Shown here piece after piece: positions 1-11,797 of a DNA stretch of 47,275 bases. The notes under the pieces are model-generated. The model ran no database searches, was not told where the DNA came from, and worked only from the letters and a program-made list of their open reading frames with translations. A program made the position numbers and the translations under genes. Positions within the stretch are counted from its first letter, which is position 1; each line of letters starts with the position of its first letter. Source of the stretch: Ginglymostoma cirratum (Eukaryota); contig JAHRHZ010000085.1 of the NCBI GenBank assembly GCA_024137785.1, positions 1,925,941 through 1,973,215 of the forward strand. The letters are read 5' to 3'.

Positions 1-112
1 GATAAAGTCGCCACTGACAATCCACAGCACCTGTTACAGTTGTTTAAGATGAACATTTATCAGTCCATTTAAGACATCAACACAAATTGTTTGACTGTAA
101 CAAGTGGATCAT

Positions 113-253
113 TAAAAAAAACTGAAAGAACTGTGGATGCTGTAAATCAGGAACAAAAATAGAAGTTGCTGGAAATCTTCAGCAGGTCTGGTAGCATCTG
201 TGAAGAAAAAATCAGAGTTAACGTTTCGGAGCCAATGACCCCTTCTCAGAACT
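113..253 (-). mobile_element. Penelope-like terminal repeat fragment with mutated hammerhead motif (216-253)
   Basis: Same family as 34092-34226. Minus strand reads AGTT CTGAGAA GGGGTCATTGGCTCC GAAA CGTT AACT. Confidence 0.75.
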
Positions 254-628
254 GTGTTCCTCGGTCTGTTTCCAGAGTCATGGTAATGTGGTTGAAGCTT
301 AACTGGCCGTTGGATAATGAGGCTTGGGCAGGAACTGCTGGCTGATGTACCATGAATGGATATCAAGCATTGTTTATTAAGATAATGAATGGCCTTTTGT
401 TTTAAATTACACATAGTGAAATCAATGGCATTGAAACCTATTTTGAAATTATTTCCAAGTGTGCCAATTCAGGATTGTAATGGTGAGAGGTCATTTTGTC
501 AAAATTCAATGTCCAAATCATGAGGGTGTTTTCAATTTTCTTTGATAGTCCATTTGCTATAATCAATGATGACATGTTTTATCTATACAGTGATGGGCTT
601 TCTTCAATTTTACAGATGATGTGTTAAC

Positions 629-774
629 TTAGGTGCGTTCTTGTTTCATTTCTTCTGGTTTTGTGTTTTCGTTTGTCTTTTCAATCTCACAGTATGAATG
701 CAAAGTGGGAGATGTTTTCTGTTTACCATTTCTCGGTGTCTCAATCTGCTCTGCAATTACAGATCTGCAACAAA
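629..774 (-). pseudogene. Candidate terminal cytoplasmic exon of a minus-strand gene
   Basis: Acceptor CTGATTCATCCATTTGCAG|, phase 1, 47 open codons (CCRSVIAEQIETPRNGKQKTSPTLHSYCEIEKTNENTKPEEMKQERT*) containing a YxxI. AATAAA on the minus strand at 373-378. Confidence 0.35.
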
Positions 775-1596
775 CTGCAAATGGATGAATCAGTGTGTTG
801 TCATCAGGGAGTTTCCTAACTAAAAGACTCCTAGTCCCATTCTGTCTGAAAGATCCATCTTACTCCTGGGAAAATTAACTTAGCATTGCACCTTTGAAAA
901 CATGCACCACTGGATTGAAACAACTTGTAAAACCCTCCTTGTATACGAGCATTAGAGCAGAGTCCAAATACATTCCAGATTATATTCCAAAAAGGAAAAC
1001 ATGGCACATCATGCCACCTCCTATAAGAGGGGGAACACAGTTTTTAATATGTTGCATAATGAAGTAAACAAAACAATACAACACAAGAAAATTGCCTCAC
1101 AGACTAATCAACTAGCAGCCACACATATTCATTCTCATGGAATAACACCTTAAAAACAATGCCCCGCATGACACCACAATATCACTGCATATTTCCTGTC
1201 TGACCAAGCACAGATGGGAAGACAATAGCTGATTTTGGTTTTGCAAGTAGGTCAACAATGACTACATACCCCATGAAGTCTCATGGTATTAACCCAAATG
1301 CGGGCAATGGCTCGGCAGCACCAGTACTTACTGAACTAATTTAATCTTCACAGACACCTTATAATCTTTTGGATATGACAGCTGAAAAGTGCTACTTTGT
1401 CAGTTTGTATTCTTGCTGAAAACATATTGCTTCCCACTTTATACTGATAAAATAATGTTTTTGGCATAGGACCTAACTACTCAGCCAAGTAATGATGGGA
1501 TATGGTTTAATAGTCAATATCTACCCAAGAATAGCTTTCTTGGCAATTATGCCAACAGAACAAAATCAGTGCTTCAACTTTGTTCAATTTAGGAAA

Positions 1597-2270
1597 GTGG
1601 CAGCGTAGTGGTAATGCCAGTGGATTAATATTCTAGAGGTGCAAAATTAATATTCTGGGGAAATGAGTTCAAATCCTATTATGGAAAATGATGTATTTTG
1701 GATCAAATAAACATCTGCATTACATCCGCACTGTTGTCAGTCACTAACAGTCCCCATTAAAAACTATTCACCCTCCCAGCCTGATTGTTTTCAACTCCTT
1801 TGTCTGCCCAACTGTCTTTCTCTCTCTTTGGGCTTGATCCAATCTTTTACTCCCTACCTCATCCACATCCCTATTTACTGCATATAAACTGATGTTTTCC
1901 CAGCTACCATCAGTTCCGTGGAAGGGTGACCGGACCTGAAACGTTAACCTTGTTTTTTTCCTTCACAGATGCTGCCAGACCTGTTGGGCTTTTCCCACAA
2001 CTTTGTTTTTGTTCCTGATTTACAGCATCTGCTGTTATTTCGGTTTTTAATATCTGCAGTTTCAAGCTAACCTCATCTTCACTATTATCAATTATTGTAC
2101 AGACCCATCTGATTCACTAATGAACTTTCGGGAAAGAAACCTTCCATCCTTATCTGATCCAGTGTACATGTAACTCCTGACTAACAAAAATGTTGTTCAC
2201 TCTAATTTGCCCTCTGGGTAATTAAAAATGGACAGTAACTCTTGCTTTGCCAATGATGCCCAGAGCCCAA
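1597..2270 (+). mobile_element. tRNA-derived SINE interrupted by a PLE repeat
   Basis: A/B-box-like head (GTGGCAGCGTAGTGG..GAGTTCAAATCC). The body resumes near 2050 after the PLE insert. Relatives at 5975-6560 and 30765-30960. Confidence 0.6.
1727..2050 (+). mobile_element. Penelope-like terminal repeat with degenerate hammerhead (1912-1949)
   Basis: Collinear with 21500-21840. The core is mutated (CCGTGGA..GAAACGTT). Confidence 0.7.
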
Positions 2271-2782
2271 GAACTTTTTTAAAAATCTGTCTCTAACAGA
2301 CAACTAAAACATTCAATTCCCAATGGACAGAATGGCTGGTACTCTGTGTCACGAGATGAAAAAGAAAATGAGGTATGTATGAATTCTTAAAGAAGCTATC
2401 AAAATTAAAAGCTTACAAATGATCTTTGTAACTGCATGAACCAACTTCTGTGCCATTTAGTACAGTACCAACGGGTACTATGCCTTTAGAAGGGATATAT
2501 TTCTAGACAATTGATCTAGTCATTGAGGGACGGAAGTGGCCCTTTGTTTCATTGAGTCTGCACCGACCTATATACACTAATCCAATTTTCCAGCACTTGG
2601 ATGCAAGGATAATTCAAGTGTTCATTCATGTACATGTTAAAGGTTGTAAGCTTTCCTGTCACGGCTACTTTCCTAGGCTATGCATTCCAGGTTCCCACTG
2701 CAAGCTGCATGAAAAAAATACTTTCCTCAATTCCCTGCTAAACCTCTAGCCATTCACTTTAAATTCAAGTCCATTTGTTATT

Positions 2783-3006
2783 AGAGATAGTAGGAACTGC
2801 AGATGCTGGAGAATCTGAGATAACAATGTGTAGAGATGGATGAACACAGCAGGCCAAGCAGCATCAGAGGAGCAGGAAAGCCGACGTTTCGGGCCTAGAC
2901 CCTTCTTCAGAAATGAAGAAGGGTCTAGGCCCGAAACGTCAGCATTCCTGCTTCTCTGATGCTGCGTGGCCTGCTGTGTTCATCCAGATTTACACCTTGT
3001 TATCTC
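2783..3006. mobile_element. Fold-back PLE-derived element (93-bp inverted arms)
   Basis: 2817-2909 is the approximate reverse complement of 2914-3006 around a GAAA loop. CCATTTGT is repeated on both flanks. Confidence 0.85.
2878..2913 (-). ncRNA. Minimal type I hammerhead ribozyme motif
   Basis: TTT CTGAAGA A GGGTCTAGGCCC GAAA C GTC: core intact, stem I weak. Confidence 0.6.
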
Positions 3007-3523
3007 CATTTGTGAGTAACTTTAGTTGAGTTGCTTTCTATCTACCCTGTCCATGCCACTCATAATCTTATACAGCTCAGTTAGGTCCCCCTTCAACCTT
3101 CTCAGCTCCAAAAAACAGGCAACCTAAGTTTATCCAGCCTTTCTTCATTGCTAGAGTGTTACATTACAGGCAATGATGAATCTCCTCTGAACCCCCTCAG
3201 TGCAATCACATCCTTCCTATACTGTGGTAACTGGAATTGCATACAGTCCTCCACATGTTGCCTAACCATGGTTTTGTACAGTTCCAGCATAACCTCCCTA
3301 CTCTTAAAACATACGCCATGACTGATAAAGGCAAGTGTCCTGTATGCCTTCTTAACTATCTTATTAACTTCTCCTGCACCTTCAGGAATCTGTGAATAAG
3401 CACCCCAGGGACCTTTTGTGTAAGACAAGCCAAAATAACACATTGAGTGACCCTTGTTTGTTGAAGAGTGGCAATTGTAAATTGGGAACCTTAGGAAGAA
3501 GCTGAGACGAATCATTCACTCAC

Positions 3524-3618
3524 CAATTCTGACAGAGTAACAAGAAGCTGAGCTTTTAATTGGAGATATTTTTATTAACTGGATTTACATTGTCCACAAC
3601 CGTCATGGCTTCTCCAAT
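3524..3618 (-). pseudogene. Candidate 95-nt internal exon (stop in all frames)
   Basis: Acceptor CTGACACCTTCAATTAATTTTGCAG| and donor TTG|GTGAGT. Phase 0 reads IGEAMTVVDNVNPVNKNISN*. Confidence 0.35.
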
Positions 3619-3787
3619 CTGCAAAATTAATTGAAGGTGTCAGGATAGGTTCAGAGACTGGTCAATGAAGCAACAAACATATTGAAGTTTATAAAAATGA
3701 TCACTTAAACACACCAATCCAGGGCTAAGGAACTAGTGCACAGCACTAAAAGATCTACATAAGAGAAGAATGTTCAAAAGTACTCAC

Positions 3788-3795
3788 CTGAAACA
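3788..3795 (-). other. Candidate 8-nt microexon or recursive splice site
   Basis: ACTAAATTCCCTTTATTTGTACTATTTTTTACAG|TGTTTCAG|GTGAGTA on the minus strand. Confidence 0.5.
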
Positions 3796-4839
3796 CTGTA
3801 AAAAATAGTACAAATAAAGGGAATTTAGTTAAACATGTATAATGCACAAGTTTGGTGTCAGTTGGAGTGTTGTATTTGGGTGTCACATTTTGGGAGAGGC
3901 AGAGTATGTTAGAAAAGGAGTAGATAATATTTAATACAATTGTTTCACAAAGGAGGTGCTTGCAAGCATGATGAAAAGAATACAAAAAGTAGAATAGAAA
4001 TCCATTGTCGCATGTATTTTCACATGAAAAATACAGCAAAATGATGCCCTACTGCCCAGTGATAACACTCTGCAAATGTTCCTCAAGGACCCTGAGAGGC
4101 AACACACCCAGCTAGAAGGGAACTATAACCATAAGGGACAGTTTGTACTTTTGAGTTCTTGCCTCCACATAAATTCATCTGCACATCAGCCAATTTTGAA
4201 AGGAAGTCCCTCCAAACATGAAGTGGTTTGATCCACCTTTTGGCTCAAGCTACTACCTGCAGGGCACAATCATTTCCATTTAAGGAGAAAGAAGGAACCA
4301 CAGGGGATGCATCATCACATCATTACCAGCTCTGCTCCAGTATACATGCAATTACGTCAGTGGTATCTATTTACAGTTAGATTTTGAATCAAAGCTTGCT
4401 GAGGTTACCACATCAGCATATAAGCGACCGACAGAACTTGTGGCTGCTGTGGTCATTGAAGTTCAATGGGAGATTGGGTTGATGTTGAGGCGCATGCTGG
4501 ATGTTTCATGTCTCATGTCTATAGTGTCATCAGTAAGACAACAGATCTTCCACATGCAGCTGCAGTTGTGTGAAGGTCTGACAAAGATTCCAGATGACAT
4601 GCAATAGCTTGATCAATCAGCAAGAGTCCATCCAGACCATGAGTGCTGTCATTTCTCCCTTGTCTGTGAATGCATCTTAACCCATTGAGAGACTGCCCTA
4701 TCACCTTGAAACAACAGATCCCATGTACCTGTTAGTTCGCGCCAGAGATGGGAATAGAGCTTTATACAATTGTATGGGTAGTTCTCTCTGTGTAGCAATG
4801 GAAAGACAAGTGGGATATGAGGTGCCTGGAGTCTCAAAT

Positions 4840-5900
4840 GGGAATCTTAGTGGCAAATATGGAAAGGCAGAGAAGCTAAATATTTACTTTGTGTCTGCAT
4901 CCATAAAGGAACTCCCAGGAATGAGAGAGATCAAATGGGCTAGGAAGAATAAAGAACAAAGTTAATACATTAAAATTATTTTTAAAAGTATTTGCCAAAT
5001 TAGTGGGACTAAAAAATAACAAATCGATGGAACCCTCTGATTTATATCCCAGAGTTCTGGAAGGATATGATTGAGATAGTTGATGCATTGCTAGTCAACT
5101 TTCACAATTCTATAAATTCTGAAGCACTGATTGCAGATTAGATATTTGCAAATGCATTCCCATTATTTATGATAGGGAGGAAGACCTTGTGCTCATTTGT
5201 TATCCTTTAACGTAGGAAATATTGCAATCAGTTATGAGGGATTTGATAACTTGACACTTCGAAAATAATTGTCTTTTTGGATCAAGCAAATGTAGATTTA
5301 TGAGATGAAAATTACGTTTGACAAATTTGCTGGAAAGTTTTGATGATATTACAAGGCAAGTAGATAAGAAGAGACCAGGTGGTAAGGTGTATTTGGATAT
5401 TGGGAAAGCTTTTGATAAAAGTCTCACACAACAAGTTAAGAAACAAAACTAAAATGCATGGGATAAATTGACATGTATTGAGCATTGTTCAAAGAAAAGT
5501 GAACAGAGAGTGGGAATAAATAGGTATTTTGTAGCTTGGCAGGTTGTAACTAGTATGGCAGTGCAAGGGTCCACACTTAGGCCCCTGACCTTCACTGTAT
5601 ATGAATGATTTTGAGTGTGGACCAAATGGTAAAAATGAAATCTATAACAAGGATACAAAGACGTTTAAGGGGTATTTGAACAAGATGAGTAAGTAGATAA
5701 GGACATGTCAGGTGTAAAACAAATGCGGATAAGTGTGAGATTATCCAGTTCAGTAGGAAGAACAGATGTACAGAGTATATCTGAAACTATGGCATGTTGT
5801 TAAGTGTTGATATCGAAAGGGGTACGGGTGTCGTTATTTATAATTGACCAAAAACTAGCATTCGGGTTCAACAAACGATTTTTGGAAGCTTTCTAATACT
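4840..5900 (+). mobile_element. Old, degenerate CR1 ORF2 fragment
   Basis: Residual RT motifs (CLTNLLE-like, YLDIGKAFDK, QGSxLGP-like) with many disablements. Confidence 0.75.
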
Positions 5901-6052
5901 GACATTACAAGCAGCTGAATGTAGTTTGCAAGTAGTATTGGTGGTAAGATAACTGATAATCTGTGTTAGTATCTCACTGGGAATGGCAGTATAATTGTTA
6001 TGTCACTGGTTTACTAATCCAGAAACATAGGCTAATTTTCTGATGACAAATA

Positions 6053-6379
6053 TGGGGTGGCACGGTAGCAGAGTGGTTAGCACTGCTGCCTCACAGCACC
6101 AGGGACCCGGGTTTGATTCCATCCTCAAGCGACTGTCTGTGTGGAGTTTTCAGATTCTCCCCGTGTCTGCGTGGGTTTCCTCCGGCTGCTCTGGTTTCCT
6201 CCCACAGTCCAAAGATGTGCAGGTTAGGTTGTTTGGCCATGCTAAATTGCCCATAGTGTTCAGGGAGGTGTAGATTAGGTGTGTTATAGGGGGATGGGTC
6301 TGGGTGGGATGCTCTGAGTTTCGGTGTGGACTTGTTGGGCCGAAGGGCCTGTTTCCACACTGTAGGGATTCTATGATTC
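6053..6379 (+). mobile_element. HE1-type V-SINE (tRNA-derived), nested in an older SINE
   Basis: tRNA head (GAGTGGTTAGCACTGCTGCCTCACAGC..GGTTTGATTCC), V-domain core (GTCTGCGTGGGTTTCCTCCGG..CCCACAGTCCAAAGATGTGCAGGTTAGG), and CR1-like 3' end GGGCCGAAGGGCCTGTTTCC. Confidence 0.9.
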
Positions 6380-7499
6380 AGGTTCTATTAAGTATGGTTG
6401 TTAAACATGGCACTAACAGTTCCGCTATTGGCAACTATGAAACCTCCATATGGTTCATTAATGTCTCTTAGTGAATGAATCTGACATCCTACCTTCGATG
6501 TGACTCCAGATGGACACTTAATTGCCCTCTGCATTGTCTAGAAAGCCACTCATTTATATCAAATGGTGGAAAACGTAATAGGAATTAACTTGACTCAACT
6601 ACTCGACAATGAAAAAGGCATTGGAAATGACAATGTCAAACCAGGCCCTGCTCAGGGCTACAGTGTCCCACTTTGTAAAATTTGATGGCATGTGCCAAAT
6701 TGCAAGAGCTGTCCAGAGACCAATCAAGCAAAAGCCTGGCGTGGGCATATTTAAAAAAAAAATCATTCATGTACTGTGGACAATGTTAGCTGCACCAGCA
6801 TCTATTGCCCATTCTTATTATTGTTTGTAAAGGTGGTGATAAGCTGCCATCTACAACTCTGTACTTCATTTGATATAGATAAATTCACAATTCTATTACA
6901 GAGGGATTTTCGGACTTTGAACTTGTGTCAGTGAAACAAATGCGTCATAGTCCCTTGTCAGGATAGTGACCCCATAAGTGTCAAAAGTGTCAATTGCAGT
7001 TAGTGGAATGACTAGATCGAATAGAAATTTATTGTCAAACGTACTTTTACATGAAAAATTACAGTGAGAAGTTTTATGTCTCCCCACTATGGCGCCTACA
7101 TCAATGACAGAAGTCATACATAGTAACAAAAAAAGTAAAATTAATCACAGTTCAGTTAACGGCTCCTGGGCTCAGGGGAAGCCAATTTAGAAATGATGAA
7201 ATACCCTGATGATGCACCCAGGACGAAACCACTAGGCTGGCCGCTGGATACTAGACCGGAAGCCTCACTGAAGAATACCACCATGTCGGGCTTCCATTGT
7301 CCATCTCCATGATAGCAGCACAGGTTTGAAAATTTCTGCTGAATGCTCCCTGTGCCTTGTACATGGTGGGAAAGCACTAGGGAGAAAGGAGGTGATTTAA
7401 TTGCTGCAGGTTTCCTAGTCCCTCACTTATTCCCATAGCCGCTGTACAACATGGCTAGTGTACGAGAGTGTCATAGGTAGCACATATACAGAGGTGGTC

Positions 7500-8244
7500 A
7501 CACTGCAAATTCAAACTCCACAGGCAGGAAGGAAATGGATGGCATCAGGCAGAACAGGCAGTGTAGGAATCTCTTGTGGCTATTGCCCTGTAAAACATTT
7601 TGGATGCTATTGAGGGGAATGGCCTCTCAGCGGATAACAGGAACAGCTAAATTCATGGCACCCTGGTTGGCTCTGCCGCACAGGGAGGGAGAAATAGGCA
7701 TAGAAATGCTATAGTTATAGGGAATTCAATCATAAGGGGAATAGATAGGCGTTTCTGTGGCTGAAAACGAGAGTCCAAGACGATGTGTTGCCTGTCTGGT
7801 GCTAGGGTCCTGGATGTCTTGGAGCAGTTGCCGGGCATTCTGGCGGGGGAAAAGAACAACCAATGGTCGGGGTACATGTTGGAACTAATGACATAGGTAA
7901 AAAAAGGAATGTGGTCCTAAAAGCAGTATAGAGAGAACGAGGAAGAAAGTTAAAATGTAGGACCTCAAAGGTAGTTTTCTCAGGATTACTACCAGTGCCA
8001 CGAGCTGATCAGAGCAGAAACAGCAGGATATGTAGGATGAATATGTGGTTGAAAAGGTGATGTGGGGGAGAGGGTTTCAGATTCATAGGGCGTTGGGACT
8101 GCTTCTGGAGGAAGTGGGGCCTATACAAACTGGACGGGTTACACCTGGGCAGACCCAGGACTGAAGTCATCAGGGCCATACTTGGGAGAGTGGTTAGGGA
8201 AGGTTTAAACAAGTGTGCCAGGGGATTGAGAAATAGGGATACAG
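7500..8244 (+). mobile_element. CR1 element A, ORF1 (SGNH esterase) remnant
   Basis: Degenerate GNSIIRG, HVGTND and DGLH motifs. Continues at 11798 after nested element B. Confidence 0.8.
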
Positions 8245-11200
8245 GTGTCTGACGCAGAGTCTGTTCCTGTCGCTGAGAAGGGAAGTGGGGAGAGGAGAAG
8301 AGCATTAGTCATTGGGGACTCCATAGTTAGGGGGACAGATAGGAGATTCTGCGGGAACAAGAGAGACTCACGATTGGTGTGTTGCCTCCCAGGTGCCAGG
8401 GTCCGTGATGTCTCGGATCGTGTTTTCGGGATCCTTAAGGGGGAGGGGGAGCAGCCCCAAGTTGTGGTCCACATAGGCACCAACGACATAGGTAGGAAAA
8501 AGGATGGGGATATAAGGCAGAATTCAAGGAGTTAGGGTGGAAGCTTAGAGCTAGAACAAACAGAGTTGTTATCTCTGGTTTGTTACCCGTGCCACGTGCT
8601 AGCGAGGCAAGGAATAGGGAGACAGAGCAGTTGAACATATGGCTACAAGGATGGTGCAGGAGGGAGGGATTCAGATACCTGGATAATTGGAGCTCGTTTT
8701 GGGGTAGGTGGGACCTCTGCAAATGGGATGGTCTGCACCCGAACTAGAGGGGTACCATTATCCTGCTGGGCCGGGGCGGGGGGAGGGGATTTGCTAATGC
8801 TCTTCGGGAGGGTTTAAACTAATTCAGCAGGGGGATGGGAACCTGACTTGTAGCTCCAGTGTACAGGAAGTTGAAAGTAGAGAGGTCATGAATAAGGTTT
8901 CAAGGTCGCAGGAGTGTACCGGCAGGTAGGAAGATGGTTTGAAGTGTGTCTACTTCAACGCCAGGAGCATCCAGAATAAAGTGGGTGAACTCGCAGCATG
9001 GGTTGGTACCTGGGAACTTTGATGTTGTGGTCATTTCGGAGACATGGATAGAGCAGGGACAGGAATGGTTGTTGCAGGTTCTGGGGTTTAGATGTTTCAG
9101 TAAGATCAGGGAAGGTGATTAAAGAGGGGGAGGTGTGGCATTGTTAGTCAAGGACAGTATTACGGTGGTGGAAAGGATGTTTGATGAGGACTCGTCTGCT
9201 GAGTTAGTATGGGCTGAGGTTAGAAACAGGAAAGGAGAGGTCACCCTTTTGGGAGTTTTCTATAGGCCTCCAAATAGTTCCAGAGATGTAGAGGAAGGGA
9301 TAGCAAAGATGATTCTGGATAGGAGCGAAAGGAACAGGGTAGTTGTTATGGGGGACTTTAATTTTCCAAATATTGACTGGAAATGCTATAGTTCAAGTAC
9401 TTTAGATGGGTCAGTTTTTGTCCAATGTGTGCAGGAGGATTTCCTGACACAGTATGTAGATAGGCCAACAAGAGGCGATGCCACATTGGATTTGGTAGTG
9501 GGTAATGAACCAGGCCAGGTGTTAGATTTGGAGGTAGGTGAGCACTTTGGTGATAGTGACCACAATTCAGTTACATTTACTTTAGCGATGGAAAGGGATA
9601 GGTATATACCACAGGGCAAGAGTTATAGCTGAGGGAAAGGCAAATATGAGGCAATTAGGCAAGACTTAGGATGCATAGGATGGGGAAGGAAACTGCAGGG
9701 GCTGGGCATAATTGGAATGTGGAGCTTGTTCAAGGAACAACTACTGCGTGTCCTTGATAAGTATATACCTGTCAGGCAGGGACGAAGTGGTTGAGCGAGG
9801 GAACCGTGGTTTAATAAAGAAGTTGAATCTCTTGTCAAGAGAAAGAAGAAGGCTTATGTAAAGATGAGGCGTGAAGGCTCATTTAGGGCGCTTGAGAGTT
9901 ACAAGTTAGCCAGGAAGGACCTAAAGAGAGAGCTAAGAAGAGCCAGGAGGGGACATGAGAAGTCTTTGGCAGGTAGGATCAAGGAAGACCCTAAAGCTTT
10001 CTATAGGTATGTCAGGAACAAAAGAATGACTAGAGTAAGATTAGGGCCAGTCAAGGACAGTTGTGGGAAGTTGTGTGTGGAGTCCGAAGAGATAGGAGAG
10101 GCACTAAATGAGTATTTTTCATCAGTATTCACACATGAAAAGGACAATGTTGTCGAGGAGAATACTGAGATACAGGCTATTAGACTAGATGGGATTGAGG
10201 TTCATAAGGAGGAGGTGTTAGCAATTCTGAAAAGTGTGAGAATAGATAAGTCCCCTGGGCCAGATGGGATCTATCCTAGGATTCTCTGGGAAGCTAGGGA
10301 GGAGATTGCAGAGCCTTTGGTTTTGATCTTTATGTCGTCATTGTCTACAGGAATAGTGCCAGAAGACTGGAGGATAGCAAATGTTGTCCCCTTGTTCAGG
10401 AAGGGGAGTAGAGATAACCCTGGTAATTAAAGACCAGTGAGCATTACTTCAGTTGTGGGTAAAGTGTTGGAAAGGATTGTAAGAGATAGGATTTATAATC
10501 ATCTAGAAAGGAATAATTTGATTAGGGATAGTCAACACGGTTTTGTGAAGGTTAGGTTGTGCCTCACAAACCTTATTGAGTTCTTTGAGAAGGTGACTAA
10601 ACAGGTGGATGAGGGTAAAGCAGTTGATGTGTTGTGTATGGATTTCGGTAAAGCATTTGATAAGGTTCCCAACGGTAGGCTATTGCAGAAAATTCGGAGG
10701 CATGGGATTGAGGGTGATTTAGCGGTTTGGATCAGAAACTGGCTGGCAGTAAGAAGACAGAGGGTGGTAGTTGGTGGGAAAAGTTCATCCTGGAGTTCAG
10801 TTAGTAGTGGTGTACCGCAAGGTTCTGTTTTAGGGCCACTGCTGTTTGTCATTTTTATCAATGACCTGGGTGAGGGCGTGGAAGGATGGGTTAGTAAATT
10901 TGCGGATGACACTAAAGTCGGTGGAGTTGTTGATAGTGCAGAAGAATGTTGCAGGTTACAGAGGGACATAGATAAGCTGCAGAGCTGGGCTGAGAGGTGG
11001 CAAATGGCGTTTAATGCGGAAAAGTGTGAGGTGATTCACTTTGGAAGGAGTAACAGGAATACAGAGTTGAGGGCTAATGGTAAGATTCTTGGTAGTGTAG
11101 ATGAGCAGAGAGATCTCGGTGTCCATGTGCATAGATCCCTGAAATTTGCCACCCAGGTTGATAGGGTTGTTAAGAAGGCGTACGGTGTGTAAGGTTTTAT

Positions 11201-11797
11201 TGGTAGAGGGATTGAGTTTCGGAGCCGTGAGGTCATGTTGCAGCTGTACAAAACTCTGGTGTGGCCGCAGTTGGAGAATTGTGTACAGTTCTAGTCCCGC
11301 ATTAAAGGAAGGATGTGGAAGCATTGGAAAGGGTGCAGAGGAGATTTACCAAGATGTTGCCTGGTATGGAGGGACGGTCTTATGAGGAAAGACTGAGGGA
11401 CTTGAGGCTGTTTTCATTAGAGAGAAGAAGGTTAAGAGGTGACTTAATAGAGACATACAAGATGATCAGAGGATTGGATAGGGTGGACTGTGAGAGCCTT
11501 TTTCCTCAGATGGTGATGGCTAGCACGAGGGGACATAGCTTTAAATTGAGGGGTGATAGATATAGGACAGATGTCAGAGGTAGGTTCTTGACTCAGAGTA
11601 GTAAGGGCATGGAATGCCTTGCCTGCAGCGGTTGTAGACTCGCCAACTTTAAGGGCATTTAAATGGTCATTGGATAAACATATGGATGATAATGGAATAG
11701 TGTAGGTTAGATGGGCTTCAGATTGGTTTCACAGGTCGGCGCAACATCGAGGGCCGAAGGACCTGTACTGCGCTGTAATGTTCTATGTTCTGTGTTC
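8245..11797 (+). mobile_element. CR1 element B: young, 5'-truncated, ORF1 esterase + ORF2 APE-RT, inactivated
   Basis: ORF1 has GDSIVRG, HIGTND and DGLH. ORF2 has YRPP, GDFN, SDHN, KSPGPDG, KAFDKV, QGSVLGP and FADD. Stops occur at 9630, 10428 and 11190, with frameshifts. (TTCTATG)n-like tail at 11781-11797. Confidence 0.95.

Larger units (their letters stand above)
2510..3420 (-). mobile_element. CR1 LINE 3' fragment
   Basis: ORF 3159-3515 contains KKAYRTLAFI..LELYKTMVRQHVEDCMQF, the CR1 ORF2 C-terminus. Confidence 0.85.

Noticed and set aside
4050-4720. Possible Harbinger accessory-ORF remnant
   Set aside because: Only a vague resemblance; no diagnostic motif could be confirmed.
6053-6125. 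tRNA gene
   Set aside because: It is the tRNA-derived head of a V-SINE, with no complete cloverleaf or terminator.
7203-7240. CTGATGA..GAAAC as another hammerhead
   Set aside because: Stem II does not pair convincingly and it is not within a PLE repeat.
8768-8789. G-quadruplex-like G runs (also the C-rich tract at 35592-35630)
   Set aside because: Local homopolymer expansions inside decayed CR1 copies, with no sign of function.
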